Position numbers and translations under genes: made by a program | Shown: piece by piece, positions 38,176 to 47,496 of the stretch | Numbering within the stretch: position 1 is the stretch's first letter | How the letters are laid out: each line of letters opens with the position of its first letter | Source of the DNA: a virus | DNA: 64,000 nucleotides | IMG/VR virus record: IMGVR_UViG_3300032753_000003 | Coordinates: 1 to 64,000 of that record | Direction: 5' to 3' (one strand) | Notes under the pieces: generated by a model | Told to the model about the DNA's origin: nothing | What the model saw: only the letters and a program-made list of their open reading frames with translations | The model's database searches: none

Positions 38176-39051
38176 TCAAGGTGTCCAACCAGGAGGAGGT
38201 TTACAACCTGTGGTATATCCAGGAAATGGCGATGCTGTACTGTTGTCGTACTTGTTTCTAGCCGTACGAATCTGGATGCCCATTTTCTGAAGATTCTTAG
38301 CAGTATTATAGTAGACTGCTAAAATTGCATCAGGGATATTGGGATTTGCTCTATTAAACACAACCTGAGAAGTGTTGAATTCAGTAGCATCTCCAAATCC
38401 AGTGCCAACATCTTGAGAAACAGTTGATGCTGATCTCACGACTGATGCAGTGGGTTGTACACTGGACAGCGACGACATTTGGTATATACCCATCGCAGCA
38501 GACGCTACAGCATTTTGAGGTGCTGCATTTAGCAATGCTGATGTAGGACTGTTGTACAATCCTGCTACAGGTATACTGCCGTTTGGTGGTGACAGTGTAG
38601 CACCAGAAGTGGTCCACTGTGGATACGCCGCAGCGGTATATTGTAGAGGTTCCTGATAGTAGAGTATTTCTCTGAATACCATAGCACCTATAACACCAGT
38701 GTTGCTGGTGCTGTTACCGCTAGTAGCCACATAACTGCGTCCTGCTTTGCTGAAATAAAATTCAGCGGCAGTTCCGCGGTCTAGAGTCCATCCAGGTACC
38801 TCTATGCTGCTGTTGGCATCAACCACATAGCCATCGCTGTTTGGGCCAGCAGGTTGACCCTTGATGGTATCTAATCCATCCACTGAGAATATCACCATAA
38901 CTCTATTTGGTGATCGATTGGTAAACTTGAGAGTGTACCTGCTGTTCTCTCGACCTTCTATCCAGATAGTGCCTTGATGCAGATATTCGTCTGCAGCTCG
39001 GCGACCATTTGGACAGACTTGTAGTTCAAATTGTGCGCTGGGATCAAACAT
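38176..39051 (-). CDS. conserved hypothetical protein
   Basis: IEGRENSRY..N.S..RV..SVDG.D motif. Confidence 0.7.
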   Translation of the reverse strand: MFDPSAQFELQVCPNGRRAADEYLHQGTIWIEGRENSRYTLKFTNRSPNRVMVIFSVDGLDTIKGQPAGPNSDGYVVDANSSIEVPGWTLDRGTAAEFYFSKAGRSYVATSGNSTSNTGVIGAMVFREILYYQEPLQYTAAAYPQWTTSGATLSPPNGSIPVAGLYNSPTSALLNAAPQNAVASAAMGIYQMSSLSSVQPTASVVRSASTVSQDVGTGFGDATEFNTSQVVFNRANPNIPDAILAVYYNTAKNLQKMGIQIRTARNKYDNSTASPFPGYTTGCKPPPGWTP

Positions 39052-39059
39052 GGCTCACC

Positions 39060-39812
39060 TCACAACATGTTCTTTTTTTCGTCGTCCGAGAACATGGCAG
39101 TAGCATAGATATCCATTGTGCTTGTACCTGCAATCTTAGCGCTACGCATTCTAGTAGTTGTGGCATTGAGGCTGCTGTAGGTACCGCCCATGTTTGCAGT
39201 GCTGTAATTGACTGTGTTGCTGGCATTCATGCCAAATGTGCTGCCAACTGCAAAGCTGTCAATGTTGGCACCCATAATCACAAAGCTCCAGTCTGCCTTT
39301 TCAGCAGCAGCAACCATGGCTTTGATCTGCTCGTTGTTGTATTTGTTGCTGGCGTTTTCATAACCGTCTGTGGTAATAACTACAATTACTCCTGGACGTT
39401 CACTCTTCTTGCGTGCTGCCAATGCGGTATTGACACTTTCGATAGTATATCCGATAGCGTCTAGTAGATTGGTTCCGCCGTTTGGTGTATAGGTTTTGGT
39501 ATCCAGTGCCGGAACTTCTGCAATTGGACGATCGGCAAACACAGTCTTGATGTGAGGCGAATCAAACTTGATCAATGTCATGTATGCTGCTCCAGCATCT
39601 GCTGCGGCTTTCTGACCAGCTACATACTCGTTGAATCCAGCGATGGTAGCAGCTTGGGCATTGTGCATGCTGCCACTTTCATCTAGAATTACAGCGATTA
39701 GAGTACCTGCGGTACCTGCCTTCTTGAACTTGTATTTGGGAGTTAATGTTACCTTTGTGGTAACTTGCACTGCGGTCTGAATGCCAGCAGGAAACGGATT
39801 TGGTAAATTCAT
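39060..39812 (-). CDS. von Willebrand factor A domain protein
   Basis: MIDAS ILDESGSM, T.L.DAIG, ITTDGYENAS; start reassigned (AGGAG SD). Confidence 0.88.
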   Translation of the reverse strand: MNLPNPFPAGIQTAVQVTTKVTLTPKYKFKKAGTAGTLIAVILDESGSMHNAQAATIAGFNEYVAGQKAAADAGAAYMTLIKFDSPHIKTVFADRPIAEVPALDTKTYTPNGGTNLLDAIGYTIESVNTALAARKKSERPGVIVVITTDGYENASNKYNNEQIKAMVAAAEKADWSFVIMGANIDSFAVGSTFGMNASNTVNYSTANMGGTYSSLNATTTRMRSAKIAGTSTMDIYATAMFSDDEKKNML

Positions 39813-39819
39813 ATTTTCT

Positions 39820-39896
39820 CTCCTGGGGTCTAACACTGCCGCGAATCACCTCGCGGACTTTACTGCCCCTGTGTGATACATGACTATCATGTATCA
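39820..39896 (-). promoter_or_regulatory. structured 5' leader of the vWA operon
   Basis: 10-bp hairpin at predicted +1, then GGGG/CCCC stem enclosing CCGCGA/TCGCGG hairpin, directly before SD. Confidence 0.45.
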
Positions 39897-39935
39897 TATA
39901 TATTTATGTAGTGAGTTTATTGATCTGTCAATCTA

Positions 39936-40565
39936 TTATATCGTGGGGAATAGCACTTGAGTCACAAACTCAGTTGCACGCTGCTCACCTAGTAGATTCT
40001 TGATTGCCTTAACAGTATGCTCATTCTTGCGCTGTTGCAGACAATAATGGTTCTGAGCGTTTATAACTTCTTCATACTTTGGATGATAGCGTTTGGATAG
40101 AGATAGGTCATCCAAGTATGTGCGCAATACTCTCTGTACTTCTTCTGCAATGGTTATCATTTCTTCAGCATTGGGTCGGCAGGCTATCCAATGCTGAGAG
40201 AATATATCACCCCATTCTGGCCGCTCGCGCATCTTGCCAAAGTTGAGAGATGTAAATGGTTCAGTGTTATCAATTGTAGGCGACAGGTCCATGAATACAC
40301 CAGTGACCTTGCTTTCTCCGGCAATCACATCAAACCCAAAGATTGGACGAGGATCATATGCATGAGGGAACACACAGAGATGCACAACCATAAATCGATC
40401 TTGATTGAATATTTCCAAGTGTGCCATTCTAAAATGCGGACTGCGCCATCTGTGGTTTTCCCAACCATAGTCATCTGTGGGCACAGTCTCTACATCCGCT
40501 GTAGATTCAATTATGGCCTTAAGCTGGCGAGCTGTTTGGTCCAGAAGAGTAATGTAATTCGTCAT
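39936..40565 (-). CDS. pcyX: ferredoxin-dependent bilin reductase (PcyA/PcyX-like)
   Basis: RMAHLE..HLCVFP..PIFGFDVIAG..FMDLSP..QNHYC..Q.KNEHT. Confidence 0.8.
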   Translation of the reverse strand: MTNYITLLDQTARQLKAIIESTADVETVPTDDYGWENHRWRSPHFRMAHLEIFNQDRFMVVHLCVFPHAYDPRPIFGFDVIAGESKVTGVFMDLSPTIDNTEPFTSLNFGKMRERPEWGDIFSQHWIACRPNAEEMITIAEEVQRVLRTYLDDLSLSKRYHPKYEEVINAQNHYCLQQRKNEHTVKAIKNLLGEQRATEFVTQVLFPTI

Positions 40566-41058
40566 AGATCTTGATTATCCATTCAAAGGCGTTGTTTGCT
40601 TCGGCAGGATCAACATCTGTTATGTTGGCCCTGATGTAATTGATGCATTGTTTTAGGTTGTCAAACTCTAGATGGCTATGCTGCCACGGAATCTTCTTGG
40701 CAAGTATTTGCCCGCCATACATATTGCCTAGATAATGTACATATGCATGTGCCCATGCTCTCTGAACATCTAGCTGATCTATATAGTCAACATATCTATT
40801 GGTGCTGTTGGTAGGTGTACCTGCACCTCGACCTAGAGCAGTTAAATCAGCCTTAAACTTGTCTGCACGCTTAACACTGTCTGGCATAAAATGCAATCGA
40901 CGTTCGATAGCACCGTATATTGCCAACATGTTGAATATAAAATTGTGATATTGCACCTCAGTTAGGGTGCTATTTATCATAGCCTGGGAGAATGCAGTCT
41001 TTTCTGCGGCTTTGTGGTTGTGTGATGTTGCTTCGCGCAGATCAATTGAATTGTTCAT
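40519..41058 (-). CDS. hemO: heme oxygenase
   Basis: LREAT..NH..AE, HAYVHYLGNMYGGQIL. Confidence 0.88.
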   Translation of the reverse strand: MNNSIDLREATSHNHKAAEKTAFSQAMINSTLTEVQYHNFIFNMLAIYGAIERRLHFMPDSVKRADKFKADLTALGRGAGTPTNSTNRYVDYIDQLDVQRAWAHAYVHYLGNMYGGQILAKKIPWQHSHLEFDNLKQCINYIRANITDVDPAEANNAFEWIIKIYDELHYSSGPNSSPA

Positions 41059-41073
41059 AATCAAAGTATTTGG

Positions 41074-41643
41074 TCATCGGCGTACCAAATGCAAATTGAT
41101 TGATTCTAAAATAGACAACATCTTTCTGACTTTGGCAGTTTCAGTTGCTTTGGCTTTGGTGCTGAGTTGTTCCCAGGGTAACAATCTGGGATCCATGCGC
41201 AACACTCTATCTCTACGAGGACCATAATTCCAACCTTCTGCCACTCGAGAATTGACGTCGTCTGCATGCAATCTCTTGGCAACTTGTTCAGCTATCTCAT
41301 TGAGAATGTCTTCTTGCAATGCTGCTTTGACAATCTTGCTTTGTTGTGATTGACTGAAGTCAACGATAAAATCACCATCCGGGCAAGCTTTGTCCCAGGC
41401 CACTGCTATGAGACCGGCTTCGTCTTCTGTTAGATCTCTGGTTAATGGTACTACATATCCACCTCTGTTACCCAGCTTGGTAACATAAAACTCGCTTTGT
41501 TTGCGATGACCATTGCTGATGATGTTGGTGCTGCCCTGTACACCGTTGGGCAAATATTTCACCACAGTGTCTCGCCAGCGCTTGGCTAGATCTTTTTCAA
41601 GAGGTTCTGGTGTTATGAGAGTTATATGAGGATGCGTTGACAT
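41074..41643 (-). CDS. RyR-domain protein
   Basis: H..GWNYGP.RD..R.DP.LLPWEQLS. Confidence 0.75.
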   Translation of the reverse strand: MSTHPHITLITPEPLEKDLAKRWRDTVVKYLPNGVQGSTNIISNGHRKQSEFYVTKLGNRGGYVVPLTRDLTEDEAGLIAVAWDKACPDGDFIVDFSQSQQSKIVKAALQEDILNEIAEQVAKRLHADDVNSRVAEGWNYGPRRDRVLRMDPRLLPWEQLSTKAKATETAKVRKMLSILESINLHLVRR

Positions 41644-41746
41644 GCTGATATTTATTGCAAATGATATTAAACTAATCCGGCTGACTTTAGATCTCCATCC
41701 ATTTCATGTGCCATTAATAACTATGAATTTAATGAAGCTTTCATAG

Positions 41747-41911
41747 TTAATATAAACGGCATGATTTTATCAAAGCTTCAAATTTAGCAAAGTCTCGAAT
41801 GCATTCTTCATCAAATTCTATCCATTGCTTGGCAAATTCTTCTGACACTTCTATCCAACCGTCTCCGGGGCATGTTGGAGATCTAACTATTTTCAACTTG
41901 CTGTGTTGCAT
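41747..41911 (-). CDS. small hypothetical protein (54 aa, missed by track)
   Basis: MQHSKLKIVRSPTCPGDGWIEVSEEF...; TAATAAATA promoter upstream. Confidence 0.5.
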   Translation of the reverse strand: MQHSKLKIVRSPTCPGDGWIEVSEEFAKQWIEFDEECIRDFAKFEALIKSCRLY

Positions 41912-41947
41912 TGCATAATTTCCAGTATGTTATTATCGTGATATTTA

Positions 41948-42328
41948 TTAGAACAGCTTTAGATGTCCAGTCACAGCATCTATCTTGTCTGCACTGTCTG
42001 GACCAACTGCCACCGTGGTTAGAGTTGGCACTCCGTTAAATTCAGTAAGACCGCTATCTCGGATGATACTGCAGATCAAACCAGCAGCTTGTGCTTTGGC
42101 ATAAATGTCAAGAAGTTCTTGTTCGCTGTCTACGCTAACACAAATCTTCTTGAACAAGCCTGTGATCCACGGCTTCAATCTATCGTCCATGTGCAAGGTT
42201 AGCGTATCACCGTGTACTTCACATTGATCCAATATGGCTTTGAGGCTGGCATGCGCCAACTGGGCCATCATTTTGCCTTTTCGACATTTTAAATCTTTTC
42301 TGACAACTATTACTTGTTTGTGATTCAT
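41948..42328 (-). CDS. pth2: peptidyl-tRNA hydrolase, Pth2 family
   Basis: KQVIVVRKDL..GKMMAQLAHAS, KKIC, DSGLTEF, T.VAVGP. Confidence 0.92.
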   Translation of the reverse strand: MNHKQVIVVRKDLKCRKGKMMAQLAHASLKAILDQCEVHGDTLTLHMDDRLKPWITGLFKKICVSVDSEQELLDIYAKAQAAGLICSIIRDSGLTEFNGVPTLTTVAVGPDSADKIDAVTGHLKLF

Positions 42329-42353
42329 AATATTCCTCAATTATCTAGTTATA

Positions 42354-42770
42354 TCACTCAGGTATAATTCTATACGGAACATTTCCGCCATATTTTGTAA
42401 ACATCAATATCTCTGATTTGGGATATCCATTCTCCACTAGCCATTCCTCAATCCTATCCATTTGATCATCGGGTATTGGTTTGGGAAATCCCCATTTCCA
42501 ACCTCCCGGAGGATCTATCAAGGTGCGAGGACCTTTGCCGTTCCAGGTTAGATTAAACACAGTAGCATCTTGTTGATTACTGAACAACCATGTACTAAAA
42601 TCTCTGTCTGTTACATGCGGCGAACCTGTTAAGGCTGGTCGCCAAGTTATACCACTGTTGTCTATGCCAAACTGATCTATACACCATCCCATGATGTCTC
42701 GATGATGTTCAAGCTCGTACCACCTGCTGATGGTTACACGATAGGGGAATTGTTCATCTAACTTAGCCAT
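42354..42770 (-). CDS. fusion of small-family domain and DPPGGWKWGFPK module
   Basis: WCIDQFG..DATVFNLTW followed by IDPP.GW.WGFPKP. Confidence 0.7.
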   Translation of the reverse strand: MAKLDEQFPYRVTISRWYELEHHRDIMGWCIDQFGIDNSGITWRPALTGSPHVTDRDFSTWLFSNQQDATVFNLTWNGKGPRTLIDPPGGWKWGFPKPIPDDQMDRIEEWLVENGYPKSEILMFTKYGGNVPYRIIPE

Positions 42771-43043
42771 TTATATTTGCTCTATATCCACGCTGCTCAA
42801 TATAACCCATGTTAACCATTCGGGGTCAATTGGATCAGCATTGTTACCTGTGCTCCTGTTCTTTACGTAACGATATCCGTCACAGTCGGATTGAATTATA
42901 TAATCACAGAGGTTAAACAATTGATACCAATTTCTAGTGTTATATGACGAATCTACATAAGTGCTGGGCACCAAGATGTATTTGTGATTGATGTGATTAT
43001 GCCGTGCGGCGCTATCATTCAAAACGCAATAGAATTGAATCAT
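42771..43043 (-). CDS. hypothetical protein
   Basis: ATGA overlap start. Confidence 0.55.
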   Translation of the reverse strand: MIQFYCVLNDSAARHNHINHKYILVPSTYVDSSYNTRNWYQLFNLCDYIIQSDCDGYRYVKNRSTGNNADPIDPEWLTWVILSSVDIEQI

Positions 43044-43222
43044 AATACTTTTATCCCATAACAATCGTCAAATATATCAACAACAAGTGTAGGATGATGG
43101 TCTTGATTAACATAAAACCATTCTACTATCTTACCTTTGGTATATCCTACACGGCTGAAATCAATTAACCATAGTTGTATGTCTAGGGTATCTGATGTAG
43201 TGTGTACCTTTAACCTCTTCAT
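43040..43222 (-). CDS. hypothetical protein
   Basis: ORF in operon. Confidence 0.5.
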   Translation of the reverse strand: MKRLKVHTTSDTLDIQLWLIDFSRVGYTKGKIVEWFYVNQDHHPTLVVDIFDDCYGIKVL

Positions 43223-43229
43223 TATTAAT

Positions 43230-43601
43230 TTAACCCCAAGCTAACAAGAATTCTGTTGCATGTTTGCTATCATCGATTCCGACACATACTACCATAAATG
43301 CTCGAGATATAGTCTTACCGTAAGTTGTATCAGAATCTCCGCTTTGTACACCCAACCATTTGATATCGCGTTCTCGCAACCACGAGTCCATATCAGGATA
43401 ATATTTTTCTAGCCAACAATGTATAGCTGCATCATGATGATTGCGATATCCTAGTGCATATAGACCTTCGTAATCATCAGGATAATCAAACTCGTGTCTG
43501 TAATCCCACTCAACTTCAGCCACTACAAAATTGTGCCCACAAAAGTAATTTGGTAGCTTTTTAACCGTATCATATAGTCTGTGATACTTATGAATGGTCA
43601 T
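43230..43601 (-). CDS. small-family-related protein
   Basis: Ends HATEFLLAWG. Confidence 0.6.
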   Translation of the reverse strand: MTIHKYHRLYDTVKKLPNYFCGHNFVVAEVEWDYRHEFDYPDDYEGLYALGYRNHHDAAIHCWLEKYYPDMDSWLRERDIKWLGVQSGDSDTTYGKTISRAFMVVCVGIDDSKHATEFLLAWG

Positions 43602-43603
43602 AA

Positions 43604-44080
43604 TCAGTCGCTGCTAGAGCTACCACTGTCATAACTGCTAGAGCTACCACTATCCCACGAGCTTGAACTATGGCTGCTGTCATAGCTGCTATGTGAACTA
43701 GAACTTGAATCATAGCTGCTGTCATAGCTGCTATGTGAACTAGAACTTGAATCATAGCTGCTATGTGAGCTAGAACTTGAATCATGGTTGCTGTGCGAGC
43801 CAGCGCTAGAGTGTGCAGTTGAACTATCAGACGAATAATCTACAGAAGTGCCGGCTCCGCCACTGGATCCGCCGTGTCCGGTAAAAGTATCAGTATGATT
43901 GCTGCTAGACTTGCTGGTCATCATGTCATATAGCAACATGTTGTTTACAATTGCAGGCGTATCGGTACTATCATCCGAACTCTTAGTATAAGAGCTACGA
44001 GTGGATACAGTTGAAGTCTTGCGTAGTTCCTCTGGCTTCTTGCCCTTCAATCTATCCCAAACCCATTTAAAACTGTTCAT
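43604..44080 (-). CDS. Ser/His/Asp-rich low-complexity protein
   Basis: SHSSYDSSSS repeats; AGGAGG SD; sigma70 promoter 44104-44132. Confidence 0.7.
   Translation of the reverse strand: MNSFKWVWDRLKGKKPEELRKTSTVSTRSSYTKSSDDSTDTPAIVNNMLLYDMMTSKSSSNHTDTFTGHGGSSGGAGTSVDYSSDSSTAHSSAGSHSNHDSSSSSHSSYDSSSSSHSSYDSSYDSSSSSHSSYDSSHSSSSWDSGSSSSYDSGSSSSD
43681..43790. repeat. coding tandem repeat (30-bp unit x3 plus 12-bp partial)
   Basis: CATAGCTGCTATGTGAACTAGAACTTGAAT repeated. Confidence 0.85.
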
Positions 44081-44266
44081 ATTGACCTCCTATGTCAATA
44101 GCATTGATAGCATCTTCAGTAAACGCTGTCAACCATATGTTTCTTGATACTGCTAAAATATAGTAGAAACCATTTATTAGTGATAACCATATAGATGTCT
44201 CGTCAATACCCGCAGTGAAATATACGCTAAACCATTATAAATAATATCAATCATAGAGGTGATACC

Positions 44267-45157
44267 GTGTGTATAGTAGCTGCCAAATATTTTCCTGAGA
44301 CAGGTTGGACAATAGTTAAGAACCGCGACAGGAATTATATTCCAGAAATAAGTTTCAAGCAGACAACTGCAGACGGAGTTGAGATACTCGTGTTCTGGGA
44401 CGATATCACTCAGTACTGCGAGGGAATGAACAGTGGCGGCGTCTGCATATTGAGTGCAAGTTTGATGGTCAAGGACGATGAGAAGGAAATAACCGTCCGC
44501 AGCAAGACCCCCAGCAAGGATGGTGTTAAACTCAAGAAAGCTCTGCGTTTCCCCAATGTCAAAGCCGCTGCTATGAGCCTCATCAAAGCCAAACTACCCG
44601 GTAACACACTCATAGCAGACAAAGAGACTTGCTATCTACTAGAAGGTTGCTGGAAACCAGGTGGATATGATTCCAAAGAATGCGCCTACAAGATCCGTGA
44701 AATACCACATGATGAAACTGTAGTACGTACCAATCACGGTGTATGGTTAGATTGGGCTGGGTATCAGCGTGTTGATGACAACGAGAATCAAACTATGAGC
44801 CGCATAAGCTCAGAGAGTCGCAAGGCCATAGCAGAACGTGTAGTAGAGAAAGCCAAAACTCCAGACGAGATGATCGATGGGTTGGCAGGCACATACATAG
44901 ATAATCCTCAGCTCAATTGTTTACGTACAACTGACAAAAAGAAGATGATGAGGACTACCAGTCAAATCATGATGATTCCCGGTGAGGACACTATGTTTAT
45001 TCGCCCAGTTCAAAGTCATATGACTTTTAACTTCTGGGAACTTAACGATCCAAAACACAAGTTGTGGTTAGAAATATTGGGCAACAGAGTCTTGTACAAG
45101 CGCAAACAGGAAGGCGAGAAAATGCCATTCCCCAAGATGAACCACAAGGCGGATTGA
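44267..45157 (+). CDS. putative Ntn-hydrolase (N-terminal Cys; NRDE/C45-like)
   Basis: MCIVA...KNRDR, EGMNS.G, RTNHG; TATAAATA promoter. Confidence 0.6.
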   Translation: MCIVAAKYFPETGWTIVKNRDRNYIPEISFKQTTADGVEILVFWDDITQYCEGMNSGGVCILSASLMVKDDEKEITVRSKTPSKDGVKLKKALRFPNVKAAAMSLIKAKLPGNTLIADKETCYLLEGCWKPGGYDSKECAYKIREIPHDETVVRTNHGVWLDWAGYQRVDDNENQTMSRISSESRKAIAERVVEKAKTPDEMIDGLAGTYIDNPQLNCLRTTDKKKMMRTTSQIMMIPGEDTMFIRPVQSHMTFNFWELNDPKHKLWLEILGNRVLYKRKQEGEKMPFPKMNHKAD

Positions 45158-45161
45158 TCAT

Positions 45162-45674
45162 ATGAAACTCATAGATCTGTTGATTGAGACATCTGATCAT
45201 CGTGCAGAATTAGATCAGCTAACAGTTGATCTCAAACGCGGCATGAGCACTAGAGATCCAAATCCTGTTAGGATATTCATAACAGACGCCCTTAGAGCTA
45301 AATTAAATCATTTGGAAATAAAAGCAGTACTAGAGTCTATGAAACCTGAAATATTGGAATGGTTGAGATCTTTTATTTCAGTTAGGAAGAAATATCTCAG
45401 CAATGTGGCTGCACACTTTGTACTGAACATAAAATATTTGCAAAAATCAGCAGGCATCAACTGGAATGAGCTAGATGCAATTGTAGAAGACAACAAATTT
45501 GATATTGTTAAGTATTTGTTGACGTTATTCAAAACCGAACATTATAAATTTGCATTAGAGTTGATCAAGGATATACATACACTGGGGTTTGACTGGGATG
45601 AGCTTTATACCATTAAGAATAGTATAGATTCAATTGTGTCTGGTAAAATTGATCACCATCGCCAGACCCACTGA
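45162..45674 (+). CDS. protein with MKLIDL leader and two DWPEL-type modules
   Basis: GINWNEL, GFDWDEL. Confidence 0.65.
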   Translation: MKLIDLLIETSDHRAELDQLTVDLKRGMSTRDPNPVRIFITDALRAKLNHLEIKAVLESMKPEILEWLRSFISVRKKYLSNVAAHFVLNIKYLQKSAGINWNELDAIVEDNKFDIVKYLLTLFKTEHYKFALELIKDIHTLGFDWDELYTIKNSIDSIVSGKIDHHRQTH

Positions 45675-46240
45675 TACCCTTGATAGATCATTTCTTTGCC
45701 CATCATAGCCATAACTTCTGCTACATATGTTCCTTTGCCAACGTGTTTGCCTTCGATAATGAGATTGTCGTCAACACACACCAGGGTTCCTGGACGCAAC
45801 GCACCTTTGATAGCTAAAAGCTCATAGATATGATGCTGCGCACTAGGGTGCCAATTGTTGATATCGAGATCATAACTGTCCAAGTAGAGCAAGTCAATCT
45901 TGCGATCTAGCTTATCATATTCTTTCTCTTTGGTAGACAAAAACGCAACACTATCTCCACAATAGATCATAGTGCGATTACTGGTACGAGACGAAGTGAA
46001 GCTACACGCTTCTTGACTGAGATCTACGCTTTGCACAGTGCCATCTAGTTCATTGGCAACTGCATCCCAGATCAGCGAACTCATACCATCTCCAAACCAA
46101 TTGTTCTCCTGACGACTGACACCAGTTTCAACCACAAGTGGATATTTGCAAGTACGCAAGTGATCAACCATCAACCTAAATGCAGGTTCTCTCTTGTCAG
46201 TCTTTGACAGCATCTCTTCTAGAGTTAACTTGTTAATCAT
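45653..46240 (-). CDS. class I SAM-dependent methyltransferase (Methyltransf_24-like)
   Basis: VVETG, DSV.FL, IDLLYLDS, VDDN, GKG. Confidence 0.8.
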   Translation of the reverse strand: MINKLTLEEMLSKTDKREPAFRLMVDHLRTCKYPLVVETGVSRQENNWFGDGMSSLIWDAVANELDGTVQSVDLSQEACSFTSSRTSNRTMIYCGDSVAFLSTKEKEYDKLDRKIDLLYLDSYDLDINNWHPSAQHHIYELLAIKGALRPGTLVCVDDNLIIEGKHVGKGTYVAEVMAMMGKEMIYQGYQWVWRW

Positions 46241-46451
46241 GCATACTCTCCTGTTGAGTGTCTTGTGATTCTGTATCTAAAAATTGCACTATATATTGTT
46301 CTGTATAGATAGCTTTGCGATCTGGTATAAACCCTCGTTTAGCTGCCGACCAAAGTTTGAACGCTTCCCACAATGGCGGATTGATTTCCCAACAGGGCCT
46401 ATCTCTAGGTTGATCTATAGTGTACCAAAATCTATTGTCTCTATTGCTCAT
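46233..46451 (-). CDS. hypothetical protein
   Basis: ORF coupled to methyltransferase. Confidence 0.5.
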   Translation of the reverse strand: MSNRDNRFWYTIDQPRDRPCWEINPPLWEAFKLWSAAKRGFIPDRKAIYTEQYIVQFLDTESQDTQQESMHD

Positions 46452-46490
46452 AACTAAATGATAAGGGTATTACACTATATGTCAATGGTC

Positions 46491-46520
46491 TTGACAAATT
46501 CATTAGCTGCATCTTAATAT
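46491..46520 (+). promoter_or_regulatory. sigma70-type promoter of the tRNA
   Basis: TTGACA-N18-TAATAT, about 8 nt before G1. Confidence 0.6.
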
Positions 46521-46528
46521 AATAACAT

Positions 46529-46604
46529 GCGCCGTTGGGCCAGATGGATGGCCGGTCAACTCTAAATCGACACAAGGTAGGTTCGATACCTACACGGCGC
46601 ACCA
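46529..46604 (+). tRNA. amber suppressor tRNA (anticodon CUA)
   Basis: 76 nt cloverleaf: GCGCCGT/ACGGCGC-A-CCA, GGCC/GGCC, loop CT-CTA-AA (46562-46564), GTAGG-TTCGATA-CCTAC. Confidence 0.92.
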
Positions 46605-46607
46605 ACA

Positions 46608-47357
46608 TTATTTGCGTTTCAGTTGACCTTTGACCCATCCAGTTGGGCAAACATCGGATAAACAATTATTAACTCCGTTGTTATACCACTTTAGACCTTT
46701 AGTGCTTTTACATTTAAGTTGTCCAGATTTCCAACCATCTGGACAACTTTGTGACATCATACTTTCGATGCCATTGTTATACCATTTCCATCCAATTGGC
46801 TTTCCGGTTTGACCTTTGAGTCGTCCGGGCACCCATCCCGGAGGACATTCTAGTAATTGTTTTGCTTTAATTCCATTATTATAGAACTTTTTACCAGGTA
46901 ATCTTCCATTTACCCATCCAGCTGGACATTCGCTGCACCAGCGCTCCTCAAGTCCATTATTGTACCATGTATGGTGTTGTTTAGTGATACTATAAGCCAA
47001 TTTAATTCTAGAATAATTTCTTGAATTAAGTTGGCGTAGTTGATTACTGCTCGAACGATTAAACGCAATTAATGCATATTCCATTTTTATACGGTAAGAA
47101 CTATTTTTACTCACCATCTTTGGTAATAAGAGATGAAAAATGAAGTGTTCTCGAGCAGTTAATAATACACAATTCCATGGGTGTACAGTTAAGTTTTTAT
47201 ATTCAGGGAATAATGATTCAGGTAGAATATGATGTCTCTCATAATAAACACCTTTACCTTTTGATCTCAATTCTACTAGAGCAGAATTAATAATATTATA
47301 ATACCATCTAGTATATTTGTTATCAGAAAACACGCCATTATGGCTATAAATATTCAT
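46608..47357 (-). mobile_element. HNH homing endonuclease with WYNNG..CP.GW..G repeats
   Basis: YERHHILP..N.V.LTAREHF..H.LL; GGGGAG SD; ends 4 nt from tRNA CCA. Confidence 0.85.
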
Positions 47358-47360
47358 GCT

Positions 47361-47422
47361 GTTGCTCCCCAAAGCGATAGAGTAGTTGGGGCGACCAACC
47401 CGCGAACTACATGTTATTTATG
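47361..47422 (-). promoter_or_regulatory. late promoter plus alternative-stem leader controlling endonuclease SD
   Basis: CATAAATA; GTAGTT/AACTAC stem versus CCCCAA/TTGGGG stem covering SD. Confidence 0.55.
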
Positions 47423-47496
47423 TTACATATCAAGTGTAGTTAATTCGTCTAACTGCTAATAAATACACGATATCTTTGTAATAATAGGTACGTGTT

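Noticed and set aside
39820-39896. c-di-GMP-I or SAM-II riboswitch
   Set aside because: Only a superficial CACAGGG similarity; the GNRA/receptor and other consensus nucleotides are absent.
41667-41744. Possible fourth amber-interrupted mini-ORF (MKASLNS*LLMAHEMDGDLKSAGLV)
   Set aside because: Only 25 codons with no recognisable motif; cannot be distinguished from chance.
43681-43790. CRISPR-like repeat array
   Set aside because: The units are contiguous, in-frame coding repeats without unique spacers; no cas genes.
46529-46604. Pyrrolysine tRNA, or tRNA-Arg(UCU) reading of the loop
   Set aside because: It has canonical D-loop GG, TTC, a 5-bp anticodon stem and a 5-nt variable loop, unlike tRNA-Pyl. 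Centring TCT destroys the anticodon stem pairing.
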